Assembly (NCBI GenBank): GCA_050273025.1
Contig: CP158635.1
Span: 20,150,001-20,214,000 of the forward strand
Direction of reading: 5' to 3'
DNA length: 64,000 bases
Source: Cenococcum geophilum
Taxonomy: Eukaryota
Shown here: positions 40,601 through 55,289 of the stretch, piece after piece
Position numbering within the stretch: the first letter of the stretch is position 1
How the letters are laid out: each line of letters begins with the position of its first letter
Notes under the pieces: generated by a model
What the model was told of the DNA's origin: nothing
Seen by the model: the letters and a program-made list of their open reading frames with translations, nothing else
Database searches by the model: none
Position numbers and translations under genes: made by a program

Positions 40601-43239
40601 TGGAGACGGTTTATAAACGAGCACATTTTTAACCCAAGCCTCCCCTATAATAAGGGCCTTTAGGCTATAGCAAAATGGGTAAAGAAAAAGGTAGGGCGCT
40701 TAGCAGAAGATTTATACCTACTACCCCTATAAAGAGCAGGGGAATTACAGGCCACTAATAACAATAATAAGAAGGCAAAGATCCTTATAGAAAGGTTCTT
40801 CCCCTAACCAGCTCTAGCAGACCTTAGTAATATTACAGGTAAAATACCAGTAACTCGCCTAAGGGTCGACAGCGATATAATAACAGAGGAAATGGCTAGA
40901 ACTATTAGCCGCCTTTTAAACAATATAGTACTAGGACTAGATGGGATTCTAAATAAGGCCTTAAAAATATATAGACCACTTATAGCACCCTAGCTTGCAG
41001 ATATAGCTAGGGCATGCTTTACTATAGGCTACTACCCACAACTCGGAAGAGCTATAACGACGGTTATTCTACGGAAAGAAGGTAAAGCAGATTACTTAAT
41101 CCTAAGAAGCTACTACCCCATTGCCTTAAAAAACACCCTTAGTAAGATCTTAGAAAAGGTAATAGCGGACCGCATAGTAGATACGGCTAAGGAATATAAC
41201 CTACTACTATAAAGCCAAATAGGGGCAAGAAAGAACCGCTTAATACTATCAGCACTTACGCTACTCGCTACCACCATTAAATCCGCATAGGCGATGCGAA
41301 GGGACTTTATAGTATTAATGCTTAGCCTAGATATTAGCGGCGCCTATAATAACATACCCCATAAGCGTCTTCTATACATCCTTAGGGCAAAAGGCTTCCT
41401 AGAATGGATTATATAATTTGTTTAAGGGTTTATAGGTTAGAAAGAAATATTACTAGTCTTTAGCGGATACTAGAGCCCCCCTATCGCAGTTACAACAGGA
41501 ATACCATAAGGATTACCCCTCTCGCCTATACTCTTCCTTTTCTTTATAAGTAACCTGCTTAACTCCTTTAAGGAAGGGGCGACCTAGGGGATAGGCTTCG
41601 TTAATAATATAAACCTAATTACATACGGGCTAACAGCCGTAGAAAATTGCAGAACACTAGAGAAAGCTTATAATACCTATATAGAATAGGTAAGACGACA
41701 TAGAGTCCAATTCTTACCAGAGAAATACTAGCTAATTTACTTTATAAGAAAACGTAACTAATCTACAGATCTCCAGCACATAATCCGCATTTAAGGCTTT
41801 AGGGGTTAACTAGTTTAGGGTCTAAGGGTATTAGGAGTATAGGTAGACAGTAAGCTCTAGTGGAGCGTATATACGGCGCAAGCGGCCCGTAAGGGCTAAG
41901 TATAGTATATCGCATTATCTAAGATCGTTAATTCTATATAGGGTCCATGCTTTTAGAGGTTACGCCTACTATATATAGCAGTTATCTGGCCAACCATGAC
42001 ATATAGGTCTAGTATTTGGGCCATTAGAGAATCTAAGAAAGGCCCCCCTAAATTGCTCCTTAAACTACTCCAAAAGGTCTAAACAGCCTGCCTTTGGAGT
42101 ATAACAGGCGGATATAAGCGAACGGCTTCAGCACTGCTTAAAAAGGAAGCTAATATTCCCCCCCTATAACTATATATTAAAGCCGCTATAATATAAAGGG
42201 CGTAAAACAAACGTAACTCTAATGTTATAAAATATATTAAAATACGCCTAAATAAACTATGGAGGGACCCTAGGGCGCCCTATAGGAGAACAAACTAATA
42301 ACCCTAAAGTAGGGAAGATATATTAGAGAAACAGGTAAAGAAAGCAGAAGAAAAATAGTGCTGCTTTAGGGCCTAGGCCTATATAGAGGAGAAAGGGAGA
42401 CGCGTAAGAGGCCAGTAAAGACAATAATAAGAGAGAGAAAGGAGCAAAAGTAGAGCATAAAAGAATGCTAGAAAACCATCTACTGTAATATAACACTGGC
42501 TAGACTAACGCTAAAAAGGTATATAGGAGTTAAAGGTATAGAGGCTAACTAAGGCAAAAGGAACCTAAGCCGTAGTATAGTTAACACTATGGGGGGTAAA
42601 CACTCTAGGGCTCTAAGAAGGCCTAACGAAGGCAGAAAATATAATGGCAACACTCTTAAGAACAGGAATAATAGGACTAAAAAACTGGCTCTACTAGGTA
42701 GGTATCCTAGTAGGTAACCCAAGATGTAAATATGGCTAACTAAGACAGACACTAAAATATATAATACTGTTATGCCCCTTACACACTAACCAAGAAGCAA
42801 TGCTCTTAGTAGCTGGCATAAAGAACTATAATACACTACTCTTAATATAAAAAGGCCTTAAGGCGGTTACCCAGTGGCTTATTAGCTAAAATGTACTAAA
42901 CCAGTTTTAGGTTGTAAAGGAAATAGTAATAGAGGGCGGGAGGGGTGAGCAATGGGCGCCCCCTAATGACTCTATAGTGGTAGAGTAAAGTTTGCGATAC
43001 TAGCGCGTCCATAGGCTTGTTACGGCAGCAGTAGTTCCTAAGAAGGTTAAAAAGTAAGGTAGTAGAGCACTATAGGTGACTCGCAGGCGCCTTATAGGCG
43101 CCTTGTAGGCGAGTCCTAAAAGGTAGGGAAATGGATTATAGGGTTTTCTTAAATAGAGTTTTCTCCCCATATGTATATAAGGAGTAGTCCGCGTGGGCCC
43201 AATAGGGATCCAAATCAGACGTTAAGCAATAAATAATAA
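37664..43239 (+). mobile_element. LINE family B copy 2, near full length, RIPed
   Basis: 15-bp TSD TAATAAGAAAGAATA at 37649-37663 and 43240-43254; co-linear with 22383-27934. Confidence 0.95.
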
Positions 43240-45762
43240 TAATAAGAAAGAATATAAAATTTAAATAGACTACTAAATATAAATAAGCTTTTAATAACCT
43301 AAAATATTATTTTATAACTGCTCTAATTTTTACCCACTTTAATTTAGACCTTAAATATATTATTAAAATAAACTCATCTAATTATATACTAAGAGGAGTG
43401 TTATCGCAATATAATAAGAACGGTAGGCTGCGCCTAGCAGCCTTTTTCTCCTAGAAACTTACCCCTACTAAATTAAACTATAAGATATATAATAAGGAAC
43501 TACTTATAATTATTAGATACTTTAAATAATGGCGTCTAAAACTTAAAGGATTATTATTCTTAATACGCGTATTAACGGACTATAAAAACCTATAGTACTT
43601 TATAACTATAAAGCAATTAATATAGCGCTAAATTTATTAAGCCAAATACCTTTTATAATTTAACTTTAAGATTATATACTAACCTAGCAAACTTAATTAG
43701 AAGCCTAACTTATTAATACAATAATTATAGGACTTATTTATAAACGCCTCTAACAAACGGGTTATAAATTAATTATAAATTCTACTACCTCCTAAACGCT
43801 TTAAGAAACTACGCCCTATATTTTTAAACGCGGAGCTTAATAAAAATAAATTAGAAATTAATAAGTAGGATATAAAAATTAATAAATTAATAAAGCTTAA
43901 ATATAAGAATAACCCCTAAATAGTAGATATAATAAAAGTAATTTAAATAGAGAAACGGTAATATAAGGATATTACACTCGCTAAATGTGAAATCCGTAAT
44001 AATCGGTTATACCATTAATAGAAGATAGTTGTCCCGAATTCTAAACCCTTATAATTTAAGATACTTAAATTTATATATAATTTCCCTATAGTAGGGCATC
44101 CTAGCTATATAAAGACCTATAAGATTATCTAATAAGTATATTACTGGCCTATAATATATAACTATATACAAAAATACGTTTAAGTATACAGAATATATAT
44201 ATATAGAAAGACCTCTTATATAAAGAAGTAAGGAGTACTTTAACCGTTGCCAATTCTAATATAAAGATAGCAAAATATTTTAATTAACTTTATAGTTAAC
44301 CTGCCTAACAGTAATAGGTTTATAAATATTATAGTAGTTATTAACCGTCTTATAAAAATGCGATATATAATTCCTATAGACTTAATTAATGCAATATTGG
44401 TAGCTAAATGGTTTATTAAATACGTCTTTAAGCTATACGGACTTCTTAATTTAATAATATCTAACTATAGAAGCTAGTTTATTTTAGACTTCTAGTAAGC
44501 CCTATATAGATAATTAAGTATATAAATATAACTCTTAACTGTATTTTATCTAGAAATAAACAGTTAAACTAAAATTATAAACGCGATTATAGAATAATAC
44601 CTATAAATATACTGCTCCTACCTATAAAATAACTAGAAAAAGTAGCTACCTTTAGTTAAGTTTACTGCAAATAATATAAGAAACGAATTAATAGGTATAA
44701 TGCCGTTCTACACAACCTACGGATAAAACCCTTAACTTAGATTTAAACTATAACCCAAAATTAATATAACAAAACCTATAATTAAGAGAATTTAACTAAT
44801 TAAATAAAGCAGTTAACGGAACTATTATAAAGTAAATTAGCGTACGCTTAAATAGTATAGAAATAGCATATAAATAAAGGACGAGCTCCCGCGTAGGGCT
44901 TTAAGAAAGGTAATATAATTTACCTAAATATATAAAACCTAAAGACTTAATAACCCTTAAAGAAACTAGACTAGAAGTTTATGGGCCTATACTAAATAAA
45001 TAAAAAACTAAGCCTATATACTTATAAGCTTAAACTACTAACTAAGATAAAAATATATTTAACATTTTACGTAAACTTACTATAACCCTTAAAAGGTAAA
45101 CCTATGACTTATAAAGTGCTACCGCTACCTTTTATAATTATTAATAATAGTAACAGTTCTTACTTTATTAACTTAATTAATAATATATAATAGAAGATAT
45201 AGTCTAAACAATTTAAACTTCTTATTAAATAAAAAGGATATAAGATATAAACCTAGGAGCCTTATAAGCAAATTAAGACTAATACGCCTTCCCTAGTAAA
45301 AGAATTTTATAAGGACCATCCTTTATAGCCTACTTTAGCTAAATAGATATAATATAAAAGTAAATAATTGCCACCTAATATAAATATATAAAATATAATA
45401 GCAAGAAGCTTAAAATTAAAAAGAACTTAAAATATATTATAACATTTATAATACGATTACGTAATATATAAAATGTTAAGGAACTTTAACCGCTAGTTAA
45501 AGTTATCTAATTAGTTAGATTTGCCTTACTAAGACCTACTATAAAGATATTAGTTCTGCTTACCGCCTTAACTAAGCTAATAGTAATTTTCTAACTTAGG
45601 GATAGAAAATCCCAATTGGCCTATTTAATAATAGAATTAGTAAAACCCTATACTGCTACCTAACGCGAAAATATAATACGTAATAAGTTATAAGTTTTAA
45701 CTAAAATTAAATTATTTAGACCTTTAGCTAAAAGGGGGAGTACTATAATAGGACTAGCTTAG

Positions 45763-48700
45763 TGTTAGGAATATAGGCAAGTTGCCGTTATATGCGGCAA
45801 GTTGCCGTCACGTGTCGCCGCGGCACTAGTGTGGCGAGAAGCCTTAAGCTCCTCGCCCCTCCCCCCCCCCCCCCCCCCTAATTAACAAAGAAGAACAATT
45901 ATTATACTATCTACGAACCGTAGCTACGTGATATCCCCTTATATAACCAACACTGATTAGTAGTTAACTTTATAGTTATACTATAGAACAGCTAGGTATT
46001 ACTAAGAAGAGACGAGCCACTATACCAGTGCTACTTGTGCTAAAGGAAGCTATCTTTTAAGGTTAGAACTGGTCCTAAACCTTAAATTGGACTCTTCTAT
46101 AAATCTAAGGATTTAAAGGCTAGAACTAGTCCTAAGCCTTCCTAAGATTACAGATTCTTGCGTCCATTATATAGAACAACACGCTTTATAAGTCTTTGCG
46201 ATTTAAGGCTAGAACTGGTCTTAAGCCCTATAATCGCAAATACACGTCATGAACGCGTACTAAACGACAATCCCTATACCGACAATACTTCCCTTCCTTT
46301 AAAAACATGGCTACGCCTACTTTAAATAACTAGAAAGACTTCTTACCACTAGGGGTAGCTAAGCACGCGAAACTTATTAATAAAGATTGGGACGAATTCG
46401 CCTTTAATACAATAACTTATACCGTAAAATAAGTTAATGGCTTTCTTCTATACTATATTATATTCTACTAAAATAGATACTACGCTGATTTATAACTATA
46501 GGAGTATTTTAGGGAGGATTTTATAGGATAGACTGCTAATACCTAAGCACTTAGTAACGTTAATATTGTTTAGGATTTTTAAGACTTCCTTTATAGGAAT
46601 GGGGTATATATTACCAAGAACGGTAACCTAATTACTAGTAATATTTAGGCCGTTATTACTAGTATAGAAGAACTAATATGGATAAAGCTAAAATTATACG
46701 TTAACTATAGAAACCTAAAAATAACCTATATTCTTTAGAAGGCAACTTTAATTTATATTAAAACCCCTAGAATGCTAACCCCCTACCTAAAGTTACTCTC
46801 CCACCTAGAGGTACTCTCCTACTTAGAGTTGCTCCGCCTCTACCCCCTCTACTCTAGCTAACCGGTAAGCCTTTACTATAAGAAGTTATAAATCTGATAA
46901 AGGTATATTCGGATAAAGAGAAGAAGTTTAGAGGAGAATTATACGATATGCTTAGAGCAAAACTATAGGTCTTTTATAACTGTTGTAATAAGGTTAAAAT
47001 TTAACGCTACTAGTACTATTACGCTTTCTCTATTATATTAAAGGGATAGGCAGTAATATTCTATTACAACTATATTATAGGTAAAAACTATAGCTTTAAT
47101 ATAATGCTTTAGCTTACTAAAGCCCACTTTAAAACTAATAAGAATCGCTAGCTTTATATATCTAAATAGCGGGAGACTATATTTTAAAGAGTTATCGCTT
47201 CTAACATAATAAAGACTTATTTAGAGTGCCTTTAACTACTCTTTAATAAACTCTAGAAAATCTAATGTGGCCTTACTAAAACTTACTAAAATAAGAACAG
47301 CCTAAGGGACTAGGTTATCTTAGTATGCTATAGCGTTCCTAAATGTAACTTGGCGCTATATAAACCTATAAATATATTTAAAGGAGTATATAATAAGCTA
47401 CGCTCTGCCGTAGGTACTGTAATATAAATATAAGAATCTTAATAGTTTTATACTAAAAACCTTACCTAATAAAGTATTCCTAACTAATATAATTATAACT
47501 AGACTAATTAAATATATAGTAGCCGTGGTAGGGAATATAGAAGAGGGTATAATTAATATTAACTATAAGGTAATTATAGAGGTCTTTATAGAGGTTTACT
47601 TCGAAGTAATTGCTAGAAGAAGTGCTACGTTTATAAGAAGCTAAATTGCTAGTTAACTAGACACTCCCTTAATAAGCGAAAGAAGGTATATAATAAGTTC
47701 CGTTAGAGTATAAGAAATGTTAGAAATTATAAGGTTACTACGGCCTACTTTTAAAGCTTCCTAGTTTAATATAAAGGCGTAAAAGATCTTAAGGGTAAGG
47801 TTAATAAGACCGAACAGCTCCTTATAGATATGGAAATTGAGGACTACTTACTTAACTAATACTTTACTAAGTATAGTAAGGTAAATAGTATATAAACCGT
47901 TGCTGTTCTTAATAACTAATTTATGCTCTATTTTATTGTAAAGTTAGATATCTTTAATAAGCCAAAGAAGAGCTCCGCGTTTTCCTTTAATAATAGATAC
48001 TCAGCAAACGTCTTCTATAGTATTATACCGGATACTAGAGCCGTAGGAGTATTTATAGTAGGAAAACCTTAAGTTTGAGCACTTTAGTAGCTTAATAGCT
48101 CTGTTTAGATTAACTATTTAACGGCAGGCCAATATATAATTCGTTTTGGCAAGGGTACTATAATCTCTCTTAGCATAATTAGGGTTTAAGCCACATTAGG
48201 GTATATTACTTTTTACGTTATTCCTATAAACACCCTATTTCTATTTTGTATTAGAGATATAGATAAACTAGGTGTTAAGCTTAATAACCTTAAGAATATA
48301 CTTATATAGGGAGATAATTGGGTGCCTATTATACGTAAGTAGGGTTACCCTTAGCTGCTCCTTTTTTTTTTTTTTTTTTTTTTTATCCATTGTATTATAC
48401 TACGTACAATACTGCGCATGCAGCCTTAGGCTATGGCGCTATAGTTCTATATACATAAATCCTTTCTAGGCAGCTTAATATATACTAGTAGCTATGTCCT
48501 AGTAGTTTATAAACCCCTAAATTAGGAGTTTATAGTTTCCTAGTAAAATACTAAGATACTACAACTACTAGGGAATGAGAAAATGGTAAGAAAAACTGTA
48601 AGAAATCCTAACCCCTGTCCCTGTCCTTTTGCAATTTATTTCTGTCCTTTTACTCTTTAATATCTTTTTAAGAGCCTAGTAGGAGTTGCCTCCTTCTAGA

Positions 48701-51700
48701 ATCCTATCTGTTTTTATTCTTCCATAGAATCTTCTTCGCGTACTAGTTTAGCAGCTTTAAGAGTCTTGCAGTCTTTACTATTAGCAAAGTGTTTTTCTTT
48801 ACAATTAATGCAAAGAGGGGTGGTATGCTGGCAAGGCTTGCCTGTTGTTATACAGGTAGAACAGGAATGGTCTTTAGATAAATGTGCAGCCGCACAGTAT
48901 CTGCAGGCTCTAGTAGAGCACCTATCTCCTATATGGCCAAATTTTTGGCAGCTTATACACTGCGTAGTAGGAGAGACTTCGAGGTATTTTACTACCTTAG
49001 TAGCTGTACCTGCAATTGATATCTCTTTTTGCTTGAGGATTTCTTGTCTTTTTTCTTCGTTCTCTATAGTAAAAACTATAGAGCCAAATCTAGTCTATGG
49101 ATTGTGTCTTTTTTCACTAGATAAGATCCATCTAGGTAGTCCTTGTATCCTTATAGGATTAAAGGTCTCGATTTCTTCTTTTAGAAGCTTAGAGCCTCCC
49201 TCTCCTAGAAAAGGTAGGGTGGGAACCCCATGGGCTATAATTTAAACCCAGGGTTCTAGTTTTTGTTCTCTTTAAAAGGTAAAGCAGTTATGCCAGATAT
49301 CCTTATACTTGACTAGGAAATCTGCATTATACTCTTCTGTAGTTGTAAGGAGAATATTTTGTTTCCCTTTAGTTCTAGCTATAGACGCTAGCACTGGCTT
49401 TTCCACCTGCAGTTTTGATACGAATAGTTGATTGACTTTGTTTCGTATAGAGAAGGTATCTAGAGGTTAGTCCTTTTCGTCTGTAATTAGGACTAGCTTC
49501 CTTTCTTATAGCTGCTTTTTCTTACTTCTAGTAGAAGTAGTACTCCTACTAGAAGGAGAAGGGGTAGGAGATGGTAGTGGTGGGGAGGGTAAAGAGGACG
49601 AAGTAGGGAGGTCCTTCTTCAGTCTCTCTGCGTAGGTTTCTTTAGTAGAGGCTACCTCCTTACGGAGAGCTCTTACTTCTTCTACTAGTCCTTTTAGGAC
49701 CTTATTTGCCTTTTCCTTTTCTTTTTCTTTTTCTTTTTCTTCTTCTTCTTCTTCTTCTTCTTCTTCTTCTTCTTCTTCTTCTTGTGTAAAGGGGTTTTCT
49801 CCTAATAGGATACTTCGTGTATAGTACACTAGCTGTTTAACTTGTTCTTTTATTTCTTCTCTTTCTTCTTCTTCTTCTTCCAGCCCTTTATAGGCCTGGG
49901 TTAGGCTTTCTAGGGCGAAGCTTAGATGTTGTTCTGGAGAAGGGGAATAGGAAGGGGAATAGGAAGGCATATTAGCCGTACTATCCGTAGTAGTCGTTGG
50001 TTTTATTATCTTTTTTGCAGGTTTTTGGTTTTCTTTTTCAGGAGAAGACTAAGGATGTCCTCTTTTTTCTCCTGTCCTAAACGGGCCAGGGGAAGGAGAA
50101 GGGGGAGAAAAAGTAGATGTAGAATCCTCATCACTTATTTCTATAGGAGGTTTTTTTTAGACCTATTAGGCCTTGGCATTTTGTATCTTATAGGGGGGTT
50201 TCCTAGTTTTTACTACCCTTATACCCTTTCTCCTTACTAATCCTACTAGAAGATTTCTGGGGAGATTAGGCTAAAAGGTAGTAGAAAATCTAGCCTCTAT
50301 ATTCCGTGGTTTTAGTATTTAGTTTTAGTGTTCCTGTCCGTGCCTCGCTTATAAGCTAGGACCACCCCTAAGAAGAATTTTCTGTTAGGGGGAAGGGGGT
50401 AAAACGACAAATAAATCCACCTCTAGCTCGCTAGGCAGTAAGAATTAGGTCTTAAAGGTTGGAAAATCGATTGTTTTTAATAGTAAGATGGGTATGCGTA
50501 AGTTTTGAAGTGTGGCGCTACCTTTTAGTAAGGTTGCATGTGTGGTGAAAGGTAGCTGCTCCTTTAATAACCAGAAAAGAGTGTTGCTTAGAGCTATTTA
50601 ACTAAGTTAGAGTTACACTAACTATACCGTTATTTTGGTTACCTATTAGTTTACTAATTACTTAGGGTTCTTTAGCGAGTAGGCTATAAAGTCAAGGTTA
50701 AGGTAATTAAGCATCTTATAAAATACTACTACTACTACTAAATAAACCAGAGGTCCCCTAGTCGATTTAAGTTTACCCTTAAAGATAACTATAACTTTAA
50801 CTTCTATATTATCGTCGACGTTATATATCTTAGCGGTAAGCCAGTACTCTAAGTTATTAACTTCTTAACCTCCTTCTAAGCCGTATAATTCTTAAAGGAT
50901 ATATTAGCTAAGAATGCATAGGATACCCTATAATTATACTAGATTAATATTTACCTAGGACCTCCTAATTAAATCGTCTATAATATAGGAAAGAACTTCT
51001 TATCTATAGAGTTTTAATAATAGATAAAGGCAATGGCAATCGAGGTTAAGGAAGTCCCCGTTAAGGCATATAATAGTATTAGAAAAGTAAAATGATATTA
51101 CGCGCTATTACGCCGCGTATATAAGATTATCTTTTTAGAACTAAAGGATGCTAGCGAAGAACTTACCTTATAAATAGCTGTTAAAGCTATTAATAATTCT
51201 GCTGGCCCGGATAGACTTATACCTATATTACTAGTCTTTAGCACCTACCCTTAAATAACTAACGACTTTTTACTATCTCCCTCTATTATATAATAAGCTA
51301 AGGCTATTTATAAGGTAATAAAGGAGGTATAATATCTCTATACTATATGCTAGGTTAACAACGCACTAGGAATAAGAAATGGCCTAAATACCTTAACTAC
51401 GCTTAATCTGCCACTCTAGTCTAAGGTACGCGTATAGCGTAAAAAAGGAGGATAGTTAGGCCTATATTAACTCATTATAATTAATAGTTAGATTTATACT
51501 ATTTAGATACCTTACGGACCTACTTAATTCCATTTAACTGTTATTAAGCCTTACTATAAAGATAATAATTCTAAGCCTTTATAGGATGCCCTAGAAGATA
51601 CCTTAGAGAAGAACTACGATTAGCGTGCTTTAGAAGGTGACTATAATCCTAATATAATTATAGTAGATACGCCACAACTATAACGCGGTAGAGGTTGCTT

Positions 51701-53935
51701 AAAGGGATTATAAAATTGCTAACATCTTATTAATTTTAAAGAATAATTTATTGCCGCCATTAAAAATAGAGTTAAGTTATTAATGGCCTTTATAACAGCT
51801 AAGGAGAAGGCTAACTTTAAGCTTATAAAATAGCTCTGAAAGGAAGGTTATATTATAACCCTAGGAGCTCCTTTCTAAGCATCTAACAAGCAGGAGATTA
51901 ACGGTCTTATCATAAGAGGAGTCTTTAAATTTAAGAAGTATAACCCTACTAAGTTTAATAAAGTTCGCATCTTTAAGTTAAGGATGGTTAATAAGATTAA
52001 GGGTAAGGCTACTAACGCCCTATTTAAGAAATTAAGGCTTATTATCTAAGGTTACAATAATAATAGTAAAGAGATAATTCTTATATAATCTCCTATAATT
52101 TAATAAGCTAGTTAGCGAGTTATTATTATATTAGCTCCCTCCTTAATAAAGAATAGAATAGCGGTTTATTTATAAAATATTACTTAAGCCTATACCTAAT
52201 TAGAGACGCACCTTTAGCGCTTAATGTTAGTATACCTTCTAGAGTAAATTCGCTACTAGTATCCTAAAGACACGATTATAGTTATGCTTAAGCTAATATA
52301 TAGAATTATAAAGGCAGGAACTTATTAGTGGACTACCTATAGCAAGCACTATAAAAAGAAGCTTTTAATAACTACTTCTATATTTAATCCCTGCTTCCTT
52401 ATTATAACTACAGGAACTCTATTTAGAATTATTGGTATATAAACTAATAATATAATTATCTTAGAAGATGACTAATTCTTAGCTCTTAAAGAAGATAAGC
52501 TAGTAAAGGCAAATCTTATAGTAAAGCTAAAGGAAAAGCTTAATTTAATAACACTATTACTTTTTAATAGATGCATCCTCTCCCTAAATAAGGATTCTAT
52601 TGCTTTACGCCAGAAGGGTTAAGGCAAGAAGATTAATATTATTAATATTAACTTTCTAAAATAAGGATATATGGAGTAATGCGCTTATAGAGCTTATATT
52701 ACTTTTATCTATTAACCTAAGGCTTTATTTAATCTCTCTATTGCCGCCTAATACTAGGAACTAACTAAGGATAATGTTCTTGCCCTAAATAAGCGTCTTT
52801 CCTAGTAAATAAACCATCTTAATTGGGGACTACTCTATATACCTATTAATCTTCCCACCACTAAGCTCTTTGTATTTATTAATAGATTATTTATAAATAA
52901 TAAAGATTTTAGCTCCTAGCTAAAATATAAAATTATTATCGCGAATAAATCTACTAAAGAAAATAACTTTATGATTTACGGTAATTTTATCTATTAAAGC
53001 TTAATTAAAAGCAAGCGCGTTACTCGGAGCGTTCTAGCGTTAAAGATATATAAAATGGTTAGCGGAGTTAATATAGTAATTGCAATTAGAACTACCCTAA
53101 AGATAATTATAAATTAACTTAAACTTCCTATTATCCCTATAATCGTGTGCACTAACTTATATTCCCTTTATAAGTATTTAGTTAAGCTTAGTACTATAAA
53201 GGAAAAGCGCCTTATAATTAATATTATGGCACTTTAGCAATCCTATAAGCGTTAAGAACTCTTTAAGATCCGATAGATTAATAGCTAAGATAACCTAGTA
53301 GATGTAATAATAAAGGCGAACCTAAATAAGGCACTAGAGACGTTTATTAATACAAATACTCTATATATATAAGTTAAAGGTTAGGTTAAAAGGGAGTCCC
53401 TAGAAATTTCTTAGTTATATAAGGTCTTAAGATATCTAGGAACTTTAACCGGCGGTTAAAGTTGTTTAATTAGTTAGATTCTATAGACCCTAACTTAACC
53501 CAGCTAATTAGGATTTTCTATCCCTAGGATAAAAAATCACTATTGGCTCGCTTACTACTAGCGCCTTAGCAGCCCTCTAAATAAGATATCTACCTGCGAC
53601 TCCTAAGTAAGAAAGCACTATATACTAAAAGGCAAACTTTTAGGATAGCGAGACTTATATTATAATAGTAATAGTAAGTAGGGAGGATTAATATTTGTTA
53701 CGCTAGTCGAGCGGTATATATATATAGATGGCAACCGTAAAAGAAGAGTTGCTAGTGTTGGGAATATAGGCAAGTTGCTATTATGTGCGGCAAGTTGCCG
53801 TCACGTGTCGCCGCGGCACTAGTGTGGCGAGGAGCCTTAAGCTCCTCGCCCCCCCCCCCCCTAATTAACAAAGAAGAACAATCATCATACTATCTACGAA
53901 CCGTAGCTACGTGATATCCCCTTGTGTAGCCAACA
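45763..53935 (+). mobile_element. Full-length Copia retrotransposon 2, inserted in the 3' LTR of Gypsy 3
   Basis: LTRs 45763-45952 and 53756-53935 (TGTT...CAACA); TSD CTTAG at 45758-45762 and 53936-53940; integrase precedes RT (KLRLII*GY ~52030); RNase H-like KSKRVTRSVLAL (~53010). Confidence 0.93.
48362..50552 (-). mobile_element. LINE family A copy 2: 5' region + ORF1 + 3' UTR, ORF2 absent
   Basis: Poly(T) 48362-48384; TSD TAGCTGCTCC at 48352-48361 and 50553-50562; 48385-48698 mirrors the LINE A1 3' end; ORF1 knuckles CISCQKFGHIGDRC (~48920-48962); poly-Glu (GAA)n ~49740-49782. Confidence 0.9.
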
Positions 53936-55289
53936 CTTAGTTATAGTAGGAATGTCTTAATAAAACACTTAATAGATAAATTCCGACGCTTTAACTAAAT
54001 TCTACTAGATTAATTAAATTCTACTAAAGTTTATTAAAGACCGCGTGTGTATATACGCATATATTAACCACTAAGCCCCTAACTATTTAATTATATAATT
54101 CTCTTGTTATTCCTTTCTCTTCTTTACGTAATGTCTTGTTCTTAGCGAGAGCTATATACCCTTAGATTTAGATAGAATTTATACTACTCCTTTAAATCTT
54201 TCCTAAAGTCTCTCCGCGCCCTTATAGTAAGAGGCCTACAGTTAATATAGCTTAATTAATATACCCTATAAGATCGCGAAATAAGCTACTTTTAAGCTTA
54301 TAAAATAGAATATTATCGCGGACGACCTATTGTATTAAAAGCTAAATAAAATAAAATAAATTAAGGATTTAGATAAGGGTGTTTCTTTAGGCTTAGTCCT
54401 CTAGCTTATTAGCTTAAAGCTATAGCTATTTAAAGACTAATTGTCCTTACTTTACTTAATTAGTAGAATTACTACTAATACTATATTCTTCTTATATATT
54501 CTTTAAGTAATTAGCGGTGCATAAATCTAGATATATATATTATATATAAGCCTTCTTCTTATAACAGACTCTATAAAGCCAATACTACTTACCTGTTTTA
54601 TTATATTTAATATTATATCTATACTTCTATATAGCTCCGCAACGTCTACCTAACGTTAAATAAGGAAGGTAGTAGCTAAGAAGGCGTTTCTAGTTGACAT
54701 CTGCGTAATTATCTGGCTGGAAATTAGTAGTAGACGCGTTAGTATTACGCATTAGAGGTTTATAGGTGCGGTAGGATTAGAATAGGCGGTAGAAAGGGTT
54801 AAGGTATTATTTAGCAATTATCTAACGCGTTAGAAGCCATAGGGCGAATCTAGTAGTAAAACTCTGCTTACCTGTAAGACCTTAGCGCCGATATAATGGT
54901 GTAAATAACGGGTAATACTTAGATAGGGTTTTTCTTTAGTAAAAAACACCAACAAAAATAAGAGTTAGGGCATTACTATATATAAACTTTAGTATATTTC
55001 TATATAATGTCAAAAGCTTTAATATTTTTTAATTAACTTAATTTAATTAGGACCTCTAGATTGAATGCGTTGCCAAGACCGCGAGCTCTCAGTTGAGAAT
55101 TAATTGAGTCTTGGCATTCAATTCAATTTAATATTGAAGCCTCGTTAAATGATTTACAAGCCTGTATGGGATAGGTAGCTTATTAACATAGTCCTAGATT
55201 ACCTTAAAGACGCCCTAATACTTGCGAGATTGCTAGAATTACCAGAATAACATTCCCTGTAAGTTATTAGCCGTGAGAAGCTACGGCTA

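Larger units (their letters stand above)
31969..54226 (+). mobile_element. Gypsy/chromovirus retrotransposon 3, RIPed, carrying nested MULE, LINE B2 and Copia 2
   Basis: 5' LTR 31969-32273; 3' LTR 45744-45762 plus 53941-54226; TSD GTAAG at 31964-31968 and 54227-54231; gag knuckle ~33315, RT ~36900-37600, RNase H ~43350-43650, PPT at ~45730. Confidence 0.93.
30988..55164 (-). mobile_element. hAT transposon relic (5' end at ~55164, 3'-truncated) hosting a MITE and the Gypsy 3 nest
   Basis: Minus-strand pieces: BED-finger-like segment (~54500-54590), LLIQ*VVRDNI (~54310-54345), KIYILFNL*TS for KIHISFDLWTS (~31845-31878), ADNADNNNT and YIINLVA...LF (~31095-31195); candidate terminus CAGGCTTGTAAATC at 55164-55151. 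Confidence 0.7.

Noticed and set aside
49506..49970. Poly-Glu ORF as a host protein
   Set aside because: It is part of LINE A ORF1, inside the TSD-bounded element.
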